Positions 36,068 to 46,165 of a stretch of DNA of 64,000 nucleotides are shown here, one piece after another. Position 1 is the stretch's first letter. Every line of letters begins with the position of its first letter. The position numbers were made by a program, and so were the translations under genes. The notes under the pieces are model-generated. The model was not told the origin of the DNA, ran no database searches, and saw only the letters and a list, made by a program, of their open reading frames with translations. The DNA lies in assembly GCA_963829055.1 (NCBI GenBank), contig CAWHHI010000012.1, positions 128,001-192,000 of the forward strand. The letters are read 5' to 3'. The stretch is from an uncultured Gemmatimonadaceae bacterium (GTDB lineage Bacteria; Gemmatimonadota; Gemmatimonadetes; Gemmatimonadales; Gemmatimonadaceae).

Positions 36068-36808
36068 TTAGGCGCCGACCTCGATCACCCGAAACGGTGT
36101 CTGCTCCGGCCAGCACTTCTTGAGCAACGGCATCGCGACGTTGTAGACGGGAATGCCGGAGCTCGTTCTCCCTTCCAGCGCCCCGTTGTGTGCATGGCCG
36201 TGGATGACGGCCGTTACGGGGTACCTGGCGAGCGGCTCCTCGAGCCGGCTGCTGCCGAGATATGGGAAGATCTCGAGCGGCTCCCCTTCGACGGTGGCGC
36301 GTATCGGCGAGTAGTGCAGCAAGGCCACGCGATGCGGCGTGCGCAACCGGGCGAGCGCGCTCTCGAGCTTGAACGCTTCATTGACGGCTTCGCGCACGAA
36401 CAGCTTGATGATGTCTTCGCCCCAGGGTCCAAGCGCACCGCGTCCGAAGCCGCCACAGAATCCCTTCACGCCCGCGAAGCCCACGCCTTGCAGTTCACAG
36501 GCGTCGCCGTCGAGCACCGTAACGCCCGCGTCCGTGAGGATCTGTCGGACCTCGTCTGCCTTCCCCGCCTCGAAATCGTGATTGCCCAGCACCGTTACGC
36601 ACGGAACGCGGAGTGCTGTTCCCACATCACGCGCGAGCACGCGCGCCTCCTCGGGCAGGCCGTAATCGGTGAGGTCACCGCACATGACGAGCACATCCGC
36701 TCGCTCGGATACCTGCGCAAACACAGACGCGAGCGCGCCCTGCCCCGTCTTACTGACGTGGATGTCGCTCATCGCCGCTATGCGCACGATTCCGGGGGTC
36801 ATTGCCAT
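36068..36808 (-). CDS. Calcineurin-like metallophosphoesterase
   Basis: SDIH, GDLTD, GNHD and HGHAH motifs. Confidence 0.9.
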   Translation of the reverse strand: MAMTPGIVRIAAMSDIHVSKTGQGALASVFAQVSERADVLVMCGDLTDYGLPEEARVLARDVGTALRVPCVTVLGNHDFEAGKADEVRQILTDAGVTVLDGDACELQGVGFAGVKGFCGGFGRGALGPWGEDIIKLFVREAVNEAFKLESALARLRTPHRVALLHYSPIRATVEGEPLEIFPYLGSSRLEEPLARYPVTAVIHGHAHNGALEGRTSSGIPVYNVAMPLLKKCWPEQTPFRVIEVGA

Positions 36809-36908
36809 CAGTCAGCTCGTATTCGGGAAATCGTGAGCCAGCTCAGCTAGCCTTACTCTTGCAACGCGGTCGCGCATACGGCTGACCTTCCTCTTCAACA
36901 AGCGTTCC

Positions 36909-37736
36909 GTGCCGCACAAACCAAACTCCAGAACGCCGAGTGAGATCGACCGTGACATGGCGGCTCGCTACACGCGTCGCTTTTACCGCGACGTGCTGAC
37001 GTCGCTCGAGCGAGCGAACGTGCCTGTTCTGGTCGGTGGGGCCTTCGCGTTCTCGCACTTCACGGGCATTCAGCGCCCGACGAAAGATTTCGATCTGTTC
37101 GTGCGCCGCGAGCATATCGAGCGCGCGCTGGCGACGCTCGCCGACGCTGGCTTTCACACGGAGCTCACGTTTCCGCACTGGCTGGGAAAGGCGCGCTCCG
37201 ACGAGTTCCTCGTGGACCTCATCTTTGGCTCGGGAAACGGCGTCGCGCCCGTTGATGATATGTGGTTCGAGAACGCGGTGCAGGCAGAGGCCGTCGGCGT
37301 GCCGGTCTGGCTCTCCCCGGCGGAAGAACTGCTCTGGTCCAAGTCGTTCGTGATGGAACGCGAGCGCTATGACGGGGCGGACGTGATTCACATCCTGCAT
37401 GCGCGTGGGCCGACGCTCGACTGGGCACGGCTGCTCGATCGCTTCGGGGACTACTGGCGAGTGCTGCTCTTGAATCTCGTGCTGTACGGATTCGTCTACC
37501 CAGGCAAGGAGTCGCCGGCGCCTCGATGGGTGACGGACTCGCTCGTGTCGCGGTTCCAGGACGAAACCGAGGATCCGCCGAAGGACGAGCGCATCTGCCG
37601 CGGCACGCTGATCTCGCGCGAGCAGTATCTCATCGACGTGCTCGAGTGGGGCTACGGCGATGCGCGGATGCAGCCGCGCGGGCCAATGAGTGCGACGGAG
37701 ATCGCCCACTGGACCGAGGCCATCGGCAAGGGTTAG
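36909..37736 (+). CDS. Uncharacterised nucleotidyltransferase (Pol-beta superfamily)
   Basis: VGGAFA...RPTKDFDLF (GG..DxD) and ERYDGADV motifs. Confidence 0.82.
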   Translation: MPHKPNSRTPSEIDRDMAARYTRRFYRDVLTSLERANVPVLVGGAFAFSHFTGIQRPTKDFDLFVRREHIERALATLADAGFHTELTFPHWLGKARSDEFLVDLIFGSGNGVAPVDDMWFENAVQAEAVGVPVWLSPAEELLWSKSFVMERERYDGADVIHILHARGPTLDWARLLDRFGDYWRVLLLNLVLYGFVYPGKESPAPRWVTDSLVSRFQDETEDPPKDERICRGTLISREQYLIDVLEWGYGDARMQPRGPMSATEIAHWTEAIGKG

Positions 37737-37747
37737 CCGACGCGAGG

Positions 37748-40700
37748 CTAGTCGCGAAGCTCGGCATCCTCGCGGACGCGGTCGGTCAGCTCGCCACGCG
37801 ATGTCACACCGAGTTTCGCGAAGACATTCGAGAGATGCGTGCTCACGGTTCTCGACGAAATGCTGAGCGCCGCTCCGATCTCCTTGTTCGACTTGCGCGC
37901 CGCCACGAGCCGCGCAATCTCGCGTTCGCGCCCGGTCAGCGAGCCCGCGCCCTCGACGATGGCTTTCGCGGGTGGTCGCGCGCCGAGCTCACGCAGCTGT
38001 TCGCGTGCGCCCCGCAACTCGGTCTCGGCACCGATGCGCGCGAACACGTCATGGGCGCGCCGCAACTCGCGCATCGCGCCTTCGCGATCGCCACGCGCGG
38101 CGAGCAACTGTGCGAGGTTGCGCCGAATGCGCGCGGCATTGAATACGAATGGAACCGCGTCCAGCTGGTCGGCCGCCGAGCCGAGCAGTTCGACCGCTCG
38201 CTCGGTGTCGTTGTCTCTGAGTCGCGCGACCAGCGCATCGCTCGCGATCGCCCAGGCGCGACCGAGCGCGTGGCCCATCCGCGCAGAGTCGGTTCGCAAC
38301 CGTTCCCCGTGCCGCTGCGCCCGCTCGAAATCCTGCAGCCACAACGCGGCCTCGATGATGATCGGCATGAGTCGGTGCACCGACCACGCGATGTACCCGG
38401 AGCTCTCCGCCAGCGCGACGCCAGCTTCGCCTAACGCGATCGCCCGCTTGTAGTCTCCGGTCGCGAGCGCATACGCGGCCATCCCCGTGTGCGCCGGGAC
38501 CACGGTGTTCACGTCCACCGTGCGGTGCGCGGTGTCCGCGGCACCCGACATCGACCAGCTCTCCTCGAACAGTGCTTTCGCTTTCTCCAGCTCGCCGCGT
38601 CCGAGATGCATGAGCCCAGTCCACACGAGGAGTCGCGGCAGCAACGTTCGCGCGCCGACGGCCCGCGCGACGGGTATCGTGCGCTCGGCGAGCGAGAGCC
38701 CGGCGTTCCAATCGCCGATGCCTGACGCGTACTCGATCGACACCTCGTTCGTCCACACCCCGAGCACGGGAGAACGGAGCTCTTCGGCGATCCGTTGCGC
38801 TTCACTCACGTGCCGGGCAAGGTCGCCCGCGTTGCCGGTGAGCCCCGACAGAACCGCAATGCCCCAGTGTGCCGCCCACTCGACCGCGCGCTCGTTGGCC
38901 GAACCCGCAAACGTGATCGCTTGTTCGCCGTGCAGTCGCGCCTCTGCGCCACTCCCAATGAACATGTAGAGCTGCATCAAGGCGCGATGAATTCGCGCGA
39001 GCATGCCGGCGTGCTTCAGTCGCTCCGCGATCTCGAGCGCCGCTTGCAGCTCGGTGAGTGCATCGTTAGGCCGGCCGAGCTCCTGGAACGCGGCAGCACG
39101 AGCGATACGCACGCGGGCCGCGAGTCGCTCGTCGCCGGCGCGCGCCGCCGCCTCGAGTCCAGCGGCATAGTGGGCAAACGCATCATCGTGATGCCCAGCC
39201 CAGAAGCTCGCGAGGCCCAACCTCCGCTCAATGGATGCGATACGGCCTGCGTCGTCGCGCTTTCGCGCGTGGTCGAGCGCACGCTCCCATAGCGCGCGCG
39301 CCGTATCGTATTCGCCGTTTCGCTGTCGGGCTCTCGCCAGATCCTCGACGAGGGTCGCCACCTCGTCCGGTGACGGGGCATCGCGCTCGGCGCCCGCATG
39401 CCGGTCGAGGATATCGAGGGCGCCGCCAAGATAGCTCGCCGCTTCGCGCGTCGCGTACGTCGCGAGCGCGGCGCGGCCGGCGCCGGCCAGGTAGCGCGCC
39501 GCCTTTGGCGCGAGCTCCGGCGATGCCGCGCGCGAGAAGTGAAATGCCAGCTCGTTCGCGTGCGCATCCGACGAGGCGCCGTACAATCGCTCGAGCGCCG
39601 TGCCCAGGCGCCCGTGAAGCAAGCGTGTACGCGCTTTTCCGAGCTCCGCGTAGAGCGTCGCCTGGAGCGTGGGATGCGTGAAGTCGTATTGGAGAGCGTC
39701 CGCGACATCCGCGTCGACGAGCACTCGCTCGCGACGCAGCTCGTCGACTGCTTCGACCAACGACGACGGCGCGAGATCGCTCACGGCTTCGAGCGCGTCG
39801 TATGAAACACGCGAGCCAAGCACCGCCGCGAGGTCGGCGACGATTCGTGCGGTGAGCGACAGTCGGTCGAGCCGCGCGACGATCGCGTCACGCACGGTGC
39901 GCGGTAAATCGAGCTCCGTCACATCCCAGCCCACCCAGCGTCCCTCGTCGCGATGAAGTCTCCCCGAACCGATGAGGGACTTCAGCATTTCCTCGACGAA
40001 GAACGGGTTGCCGCGTGTGCGCTCGTAGAGGAGCGCGGCGAACTCACGGATGCTCGCCGGGTCCATCCCGAACACGTTACCCAACAGCTCATCGCTCTTC
40101 GCTCGCGACAGCGGCGTGAGTCGCAGCACGCTCGCGATTCCCAACCCGACGAGGGAACGCTCCGTACTCGCGAGCGTGGCGTTGGAATCGCGCTGCGCCT
40201 CGTTGTACGAGCAGAGCACGACAATGCGGAGTCCTGCGAGTTGCCGCGCCGTGAAGTGCAGCAACTCGAGCGACGACGCGTCGGCCCACTGCAGATTCTC
40301 GAGCGCGATGAGGAGCGGCCGCTTCGCGGCAAAGCGCCCGAGGAACTGGCTGAAGTTCCAGAGCAGCCGCGCCTTCGTGTCTGACGCAGCACCATTGGCT
40401 TGTGCCCGGGTTTCTGAATGCAGGTCGAGCGCCGGGAACAGCCGAGCGAGCTCCGCCTCGCCTCCGCGCGACAGCACGGTCAAGGTGCCGCGGTCGAGCG
40501 CCTTGAGCACCGGGAGGAGCGCATCCGCGAACACGGCGTATGGCACTCCCGTTTCGACGGGATATGCCCGGCCGACCGCCGTCGACCAGCCGCGCGAGGT
40601 CGCTTCTTCCACGACCGACTCGGCCAACCGCGTCTTCCCGATTCCTCCTTCTCCCGCGAGGAAAATCGTCGATGATGTTCCACGCTCGGCCGCATCGAGC

Positions 40701-40786
40701 GCACGCACGAGCACGGCGCGCTCCACGTCGCGTCCGGTAAGCGGAAGGAGCCCGACCTGCGAGTTGCCAGCGCGGCGGTCCGTCAC
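37748..40786 (-). CDS. STAND AAA ATPase-TPR-LuxR transcriptional regulator; start uncertain (up to 40870)
   Basis: LTGRD, GEGGIGKT, ENLQWAD, TRGNPFF; C-terminal LTGREREIA...TVSTHLSNVFAKLG. Confidence 0.9.
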   Translation of the reverse strand: MTDRRAGNSQVGLLPLTGRDVERAVLVRALDAAERGTSSTIFLAGEGGIGKTRLAESVVEEATSRGWSTAVGRAYPVETGVPYAVFADALLPVLKALDRGTLTVLSRGGEAELARLFPALDLHSETRAQANGAASDTKARLLWNFSQFLGRFAAKRPLLIALENLQWADASSLELLHFTARQLAGLRIVVLCSYNEAQRDSNATLASTERSLVGLGIASVLRLTPLSRAKSDELLGNVFGMDPASIREFAALLYERTRGNPFFVEEMLKSLIGSGRLHRDEGRWVGWDVTELDLPRTVRDAIVARLDRLSLTARIVADLAAVLGSRVSYDALEAVSDLAPSSLVEAVDELRRERVLVDADVADALQYDFTHPTLQATLYAELGKARTRLLHGRLGTALERLYGASSDAHANELAFHFSRAASPELAPKAARYLAGAGRAALATYATREAASYLGGALDILDRHAGAERDAPSPDEVATLVEDLARARQRNGEYDTARALWERALDHARKRDDAGRIASIERRLGLASFWAGHHDDAFAHYAAGLEAAARAGDERLAARVRIARAAAFQELGRPNDALTELQAALEIAERLKHAGMLARIHRALMQLYMFIGSGAEARLHGEQAITFAGSANERAVEWAAHWGIAVLSGLTGNAGDLARHVSEAQRIAEELRSPVLGVWTNEVSIEYASGIGDWNAGLSLAERTIPVARAVGARTLLPRLLVWTGLMHLGRGELEKAKALFEESWSMSGAADTAHRTVDVNTVVPAHTGMAAYALATGDYKRAIALGEAGVALAESSGYIAWSVHRLMPIIIEAALWLQDFERAQRHGERLRTDSARMGHALGRAWAIASDALVARLRDNDTERAVELLGSAADQLDAVPFVFNAARIRRNLAQLLAARGDREGAMRELRRAHDVFARIGAETELRGAREQLRELGARPPAKAIVEGAGSLTGREREIARLVAARKSNKEIGAALSISSRTVSTHLSNVFAKLGVTSRGELTDRVREDAELRD

Positions 40787-41099
40787 GCCGTCACGATCGG
40801 CCAGCCCGCTGGCCCGCCTAACGTGAGCGCAGACCATGCGGCCGCCCCGCGGCCACGCAGGTGCCCGCATGTGCTGAGAGGTCGCGCGAGTCGCCGACTA
40901 CCGAAGGTCATCGAGGCCTAGGGGACACAGGGACGCACACTGCGCTGCGCGACTAATCTGCACCAGCTCCAACTCGCGACCGGACTGCGGTCCTATGTTA
41001 TGCTCATGACGACACTCGCCGCTAGAAGCTGGGATGCAAAACGAGCAGGATAGCGACTGAGCGATCCTGCTCCTTAGCGGTCTCTAACATATCGGGGTG

Positions 41100-41858
41100 T
41101 TAGGCGCTGCCATACGCGGCGGCGGGTGGCGCATCTCCGACGTCGCCGAAGCGACGCTCACGACGTTGATACTCGGCGATCGCAGACTCGAGGTCGCGTG
41201 CCGAGAACTCCGGCCACATCCGCGGCGTGAAGACAAGCTCGGCGTATGCGCATTCCCACAAGAGAAAGTCGCTCAGCCGCTGCTCCCCGCCCGTACGTAT
41301 GAGCAGGTCGACGTCCGGAATACCCTCCGGTGCGTGCGCCACGGCCGCCATGGCCTCGCTGAATTTCTCGCGTGTGACCGGGCCGCCTCGTAGGCGCGCG
41401 GCGGCGTCGAGGATGAGGTCGCGCGCAGAGTAATCGACCGCGACGCGCAGATGCATGTCGCGACATTCCGCGGTCGTTTCCTCGGCCGCTTCGATCGCGC
41501 GCCGGAGGGCGGTGCCCAGCCGGTCGCGCCGCCCGACAACACTGAGACGAATGCCGTTCTCGAGACATCGCTGCGTCTCGGCCGCGAGGTAGCGACGGAA
41601 CAGCGCCATCAGCGCCGTGACTTCGGATTCCGGGCGACGCCAGTTGTCCGACGAGAAGGCGTAGAGGGTCAACGCTTCGATTTGTAGCCGGCGCGCCGCC
41701 TCGACGGTTTGCTTCACCGCGCGAGCGCCGGCAGCATGGCCGAAGGTGCGGGGACGGCCGCGCGTATTCGCCCAGCGCCCGTTGCCGTCCATGATGACAG
41801 CGATGTGGCGCGGCATGTACCGCGAAAGTTGCAGGGTGTGTGATGTGCTCACGTTCAT
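41100..41858 (-). CDS. uppS: cis-Polyprenyl (undecaprenyl) diphosphate synthase
   Basis: [24 protein letters not shown] and [18 protein letters not shown] motifs. Confidence 0.93.
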   Translation of the reverse strand: MNVSTSHTLQLSRYMPRHIAVIMDGNGRWANTRGRPRTFGHAAGARAVKQTVEAARRLQIEALTLYAFSSDNWRRPESEVTALMALFRRYLAAETQRCLENGIRLSVVGRRDRLGTALRRAIEAAEETTAECRDMHLRVAVDYSARDLILDAAARLRGGPVTREKFSEAMAAVAHAPEGIPDVDLLIRTGGEQRLSDFLLWECAYAELVFTPRMWPEFSARDLESAIAEYQRRERRFGDVGDAPPAAAYGSA

Positions 41859-41893
41859 TGCGTCATGCGGCGAACCGTTCGGTCAAGCAGTGG

Positions 41894-42292
41894 TCAGGCA
41901 TCTCTCGCGGCCCGGATCAGCGCTTCCATGTGATCGAGGTAGCGCTCGAATGCTTTGCGGCCCGGTACGGTCAGGGCGTACGCGGTCTTCGGCATCCGAC
42001 CCTCGAATGACTTCGTACACGAGATGTAGCCGGCATCCTCGAGCTTCCGGGCGTGGACGCTCAGGTTGCCATCGGTCGTTTGGAGCAAGCCCTTCAACTC
42101 GTTGAACGTCAGCGATTCGTTCGCCGCCAGCGCGCTGACGATTCCGAGGCGCATCCGCTCGTGGATGAGACGATCGAGCGCACCTGGCGTCGCCTCGGCC
42201 GCGCGGCCGCGCACGCTCCGTAACGCTTCCTTCTCGTCGTCGTGCTTCCTCGCTCCGCCCCGTGGGTCTGGGGCTGCGCCGTGTCTAGCCAC
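41894..42292 (-). CDS. Winged-helix transcriptional regulator (HTH_34-like)
   Basis: LDRLIHERMRLGI...TDGNLSVHARKLEDAGY...GRKAF. Confidence 0.88.
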   Translation of the reverse strand: MARHGAAPDPRGGARKHDDEKEALRSVRGRAAEATPGALDRLIHERMRLGIVSALAANESLTFNELKGLLQTTDGNLSVHARKLEDAGYISCTKSFEGRMPKTAYALTVPGRKAFERYLDHMEALIRAARDA

Positions 42293-42902
42293 CGTGCCTC
42301 CTCGCGATCTGGATCCCGAACACGACGTGAACCACCCCGAACCCGCCGACCATCAGCCAATCTCCAACAGCCGGTGGCGCGAACAGGGCCAACGCCCCGA
42401 GGATCATGAAGCAAACACCCATGACCGGGATGATCCGCACCGAGAATGCGCCGCCCGCGACGACCGCCGTTCCGTATAGCAGCAACCACACGGCGGGAAG
42501 AAGATCGTTTGCGCCGGTACGAAGCAGCGCGACCGTCAGCAGCGCCCCGACGAGCATCGCCGGCGAGAATGCCAGCGCGAGTTTCTGCGCTGGCCCGGAC
42601 ACCATCGACACGTCCGACCGCCTCGCCTTCCGCGCCGTAGCCCACATTGACAGCGCAATGCACGCTGCCGCCGTGACCACCCAGGTCCCTACGCGCCATT
42701 CGACGGTGGGTCGGATGTGGGCGACTGCCGCGGCCACCATGGCCAGTACGCCGACGGCCACGATCCCCCAGCCGGAGATGGCCGTGAACGTTCCTGCTCG
42801 CTCCATCGTTTCGCGGATGAAGCGCAGATTGTCCAGCGCACGGTCACTGAGCGCTGGATCGCGCTCGACCGGCGGCGGACGGAGTGGTCTGACCGTGGCC
42901 AT
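42285..42902 (-). CDS. Multi-pass membrane protein
   Basis: ALDNLRFIRETMER followed by about 6 hydrophobic helices; overlaps the regulator start. Confidence 0.8.
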   Translation of the reverse strand: MATVRPLRPPPVERDPALSDRALDNLRFIRETMERAGTFTAISGWGIVAVGVLAMVAAAVAHIRPTVEWRVGTWVVTAAACIALSMWATARKARRSDVSMVSGPAQKLALAFSPAMLVGALLTVALLRTGANDLLPAVWLLLYGTAVVAGGAFSVRIIPVMGVCFMILGALALFAPPAVGDWLMVGGFGVVHVVFGIQIARRHGG

Positions 42903-42907
42903 GGAGG

Positions 42908-42958
42908 AGGCTACCCCACCGGCTCATAATTGTCAAGCACTTTTCAGTAAAAAGTGCT
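42908..42958 (-). promoter_or_regulatory. Leaderless sigma70 promoter with palindromic operator
   Basis: TTGACA-N17-TAGCCT-N5-ATG on the minus strand; AGCACTTTT-N5-AAAAGTGCT at 42936-42958. Confidence 0.75.
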
Positions 42959-43581
42959 CAGGACGGGGCTACTGGTCCCGGTGGTGGATCACTCGCGGGA
43001 AAAGTCTGCTCCACGACCGTGTCGACCCGCCGCTCCTCGATCGCATCCTCGAAGATATCCAGCACCTTCGCGCAGAACTTCGGGAGGTCATCCGGATTTC
43101 GGCTCGTCACCAGCCGCTGGTCCACCTCTACTGGGCGGTCGACCCACTCCCCGCCCGCATTCCGGATATCGGTCTTGAGGCTCGGCCACGACGTCAGCGA
43201 ACGACCGCGAACGGCATCGGCTTCCACCAGCATCCACGGGCCATGGCAGATAGCCGCGATGGGCTTGTCGGCGTCCACGAAGGCGCGGACGAACGCGACG
43301 GCACCGGTGTGCGTGCGCAGCGTGTCCGGGTTCGCGACCCCTCCCGGCAGCACGAGACCGTCGTACTCGCGTGCGCGGACATCTGTGATGACGCGATCGA
43401 CCGCGAAGCGGCCCGCAGGCTTGCCGTCCTGTGTCGCCTGAATTTCACCGGCCTGTAGCGACACGAGGTGAAGCTCTGCGCCCGCACGCGAGAGAGCATC
43501 CCAGGGCTCGGCCAGCTCTCGCTGCTCGACGCCATCGGTGGCCAGAAATGCGATCTTGCGTCCGCCAATTCCAGAGGGCAT
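42958..43581 (-). CDS. PfpI/DJ-1 family protein
   Basis: ATDGVEQRE, LPGGVANPD, AICHGPW and TSRNPDD motifs. Confidence 0.92.
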   Translation of the reverse strand: MPSGIGGRKIAFLATDGVEQRELAEPWDALSRAGAELHLVSLQAGEIQATQDGKPAGRFAVDRVITDVRAREYDGLVLPGGVANPDTLRTHTGAVAFVRAFVDADKPIAAICHGPWMLVEADAVRGRSLTSWPSLKTDIRNAGGEWVDRPVEVDQRLVTSRNPDDLPKFCAKVLDIFEDAIEERRVDTVVEQTFPASDPPPGPVAPS

Positions 43582-43718
43582 TGCGTTGTGGAGATCTGGT
43601 TGGGGTCCCTAACGATGGGCTGGACCGCCGATTCCGGCGTCCCGTGGGCACAGAACGCACTCACGATTCGTGCCGCCTCCGACTGGTCCGCGGAAGTCCG
43701 GCCCGCCATTTTCCGCAC

Positions 43719-44798
43719 GTGTCGATCGTACCCATCTATGGCCACGACGCGCTTCGATCGCGACTGGCCTCAGCCATCGTTCGCGGAACGCTGCCGTCCA
43801 GCCTTCTCCTCCACGGGAAGCGCGGGGTCGGCAAGCAGCGGCTAGCGCTGTGGCTCGCGCAGGCGCTCGTCTGCGCCAGCCCGCAGCCCGACGGCAGCCC
43901 CTGCGGCCGCTGCCAGGCGTGCCGGTTTGCGAGCGCACTCGGTCACCCCGACATCCACTGGTTCTTCCCGCGCCCACGGCTCGAGACCGACGCCGGCCCG
44001 GCGGACGTCATGGCCGACTTCTCCGACGCGATCGCCGAGCGAGTGAAATCGTCGGGACTGTATGCGGGATCGTCGGGAAACGATGGCGTGTATGTGGCGA
44101 CGGTACGCACGCTCGTGCAGGCCGCGAGCGTCTCGCCGGCGATGGGCAAGCGCAAGGTCTTCATCGTCGGCGATGCGGAGCGTATGGTCCCGCAAGAGGG
44201 ATCGGAGCAGGCTGCAAACGCGCTGCTGAAGATGCTCGAAGAGCCGCCCGCGAACACGTTCGTCATTCTCACGTCGAGCGAGCCCGGCGCGCTCCTACCG
44301 ACCATTCGCTCTCGCGTGGTCAACATCCGCGTCGCGCCGCTCACGACGCGGGACATGGAATCATTCCTCGCCGACCCGACCGTCGCTGATGCACTGCGAC
44401 GATCACACGCGAAGATGGCGACCGCTGATTACGCCCGCGTTGCCGAAGGCGCACCGGGTCGACTCTTCGAAAGCGACGAGCGCGACGCCGCGATCTCTGG
44501 GGCGCAACGGTTGCTCGAGACAGCGCTGTCCGGTGATCGATCGAAGACCATACGCGCGGCAATGGCACAAGGCAGCTCGAAAGCGCGCGGCGCATTCTCC
44601 GATACACTCGACGAGCTCACGGCACTTCTCGCCGAGCGAGCACGCGCCGCTGTCGCGCGCGGCGATGAGCGAGCCGCTGTCGGCGCGAGTCGCGCCATCG
44701 CAAATGTGGAGCACGCGAAGACGCTCGCAACGGGCAACGTCAGTCCCGCGCTCATCACGGCAACGCTTCTCCGCGACATCGGAGCGCATCTCTCATGA
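43719..44798 (+). CDS. holB: DNA polymerase III subunit delta'
   Basis: [31 protein letters not shown] and LLPTIRSR motifs. Confidence 0.9.
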   Translation: MSIVPIYGHDALRSRLASAIVRGTLPSSLLLHGKRGVGKQRLALWLAQALVCASPQPDGSPCGRCQACRFASALGHPDIHWFFPRPRLETDAGPADVMADFSDAIAERVKSSGLYAGSSGNDGVYVATVRTLVQAASVSPAMGKRKVFIVGDAERMVPQEGSEQAANALLKMLEEPPANTFVILTSSEPGALLPTIRSRVVNIRVAPLTTRDMESFLADPTVADALRRSHAKMATADYARVAEGAPGRLFESDERDAAISGAQRLLETALSGDRSKTIRAAMAQGSSKARGAFSDTLDELTALLAERARAAVARGDERAAVGASRAIANVEHAKTLATGNVSPALITATLLRDIGAHLS

Positions 44799-45271
44799 GC
44801 GATCTCTCGCACGTCGATGAGCAGGGACGCGCACGCATGGTGGACGTCTCTGAAAAAACAGTGACGGTTCGGATGGCGCGTGCGACCGGCTCCATCCGAA
44901 TGGAGCGCGCCACGCTCGATCTCATCCGCGCCAACAGCATCGCGAAGGGCGATGTGTTAGGCATCGCGCGCGTCGCAGGCATCATGGCGGCGAAGCGAAC
45001 GTCCGAGCTCATTCCACTCTGCCATCCGCTTCCTCTCACCGACGTCAGCGTCGACATCGCATTCGACGAAACGCTCCCCGGACTGCGCGTCGAAGCAGCG
45101 GCAAGAACTGCCGCGCAAACAGGCGTCGAAATGGAAGCAATCGTCGCCGTGTCAGTGAGCCTGGTCACCGTCTATGACATGGCAAAAGCGGTAGATAAGA
45201 GCATGGTGATCGGGGAGATTTCCCTGGCCGAGAAGCTCGGCGGCAGGTCCGGTCACTGGCAGCGAACATGA
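44795..45271 (+). CDS. moaC: Cyclic pyranopterin monophosphate synthase
   Basis: LSHVD...MVDVSEK, LIPLCH, TGVEMEA and YDMAKAVD motifs. Confidence 0.96.
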   Translation: MSDLSHVDEQGRARMVDVSEKTVTVRMARATGSIRMERATLDLIRANSIAKGDVLGIARVAGIMAAKRTSELIPLCHPLPLTDVSVDIAFDETLPGLRVEAAARTAAQTGVEMEAIVAVSVSLVTVYDMAKAVDKSMVIGEISLAEKLGGRSGHWQRT

Positions 45272-45363
45272 ACGCGTAGTCGCTGCGGGACATGCATTGC
45301 CCGCATCGCGGGAGCGGGCGGCGGCGGTACCCTTCGTACCGCCGTAACCAGTGTAACCAGGAC

Positions 45364-46057
45364 ATGCGAAACCTTCGAGGGACGTACGTCCACCGCGGAG
45401 ATCGCGACCGTCGGCGCCGTAGGATGCGTGCAGGCCTGCTTCTCACGGGCTTTGCGGCATCGGTCGGCTTCGTCGTACGCGACAGCGGTCCGGCCGAAGC
45501 GAAGGCGGAAGCACCGCGCTTCCCCCTCGTCATCGGCAGCGAGGCGGTGCGGCTCCGGACCGAGATCGAAGCGGCGCGCAGCGAGCTGGATCTCGCGAAC
45601 GCGCAGCTCGACCGGTGGCACAAGATCTTCGGGTATTCGAGCCAAGTATCGAGTGGGAGCGGACCTCGCGACGTCGATCTACGACATCGCGTTGGCTGAG
45701 GGCATCGAGCCGGAGTTGGCCTTCCGTCTGGTGCGCGTCGAGAGCGAGTTCAACGAACGTGCGACCAGTCCGGTCGGCGCGGTCGGTCTCACGCAGCTCA
45801 TGGTTCCCACCGCGCGCTTCTTTCAGAAGGGCATCACGCGCGACGCACTGTACGATCGTGACACGAACCTGCGCATCGGCTTCCGCTATCTGCGGACGCT
45901 CGTGCGGGAGTACAAGGGCAACGTGCAATTGGCGCTGCTCGTCTACAACCGTGGTCCGCAGGCGGTTCAGAATTCGCGCGACCAGGGGCTCGATCCTTCC
46001 AACGGGTACGAGCGAGTCGTGATGAAGGGCTACAAGGGACGGGGCGTGATCGACTGA
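45364..46057 (+). CDS. SLT-domain lytic transglycosylase, frameshift near 45645
   Basis: VESEFN, SPVGAVGLTQLM, NLRIG and YNRG motifs. Confidence 0.85.
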
Positions 46058-46098
46058 GCCTCGCGTATCGTTAGGTGGTCGTTAGGTATGACAGAACG

Positions 46099-46135
46099 GC
46101 GAAGGGCCTCGGGATGCAATCCCGAGGCCCTTCGC
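46099..46135. terminator. Hairpin between convergent genes (probable bidirectional terminator)
   Basis: 17-bp perfect stem GCGAAGGGCCTCGGGAT / ATCCCGAGGCCCTTCGC. Confidence 0.7.
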
Positions 46136-46165
46136 GCCATCACGTTACCTAACGACGACCGACTG

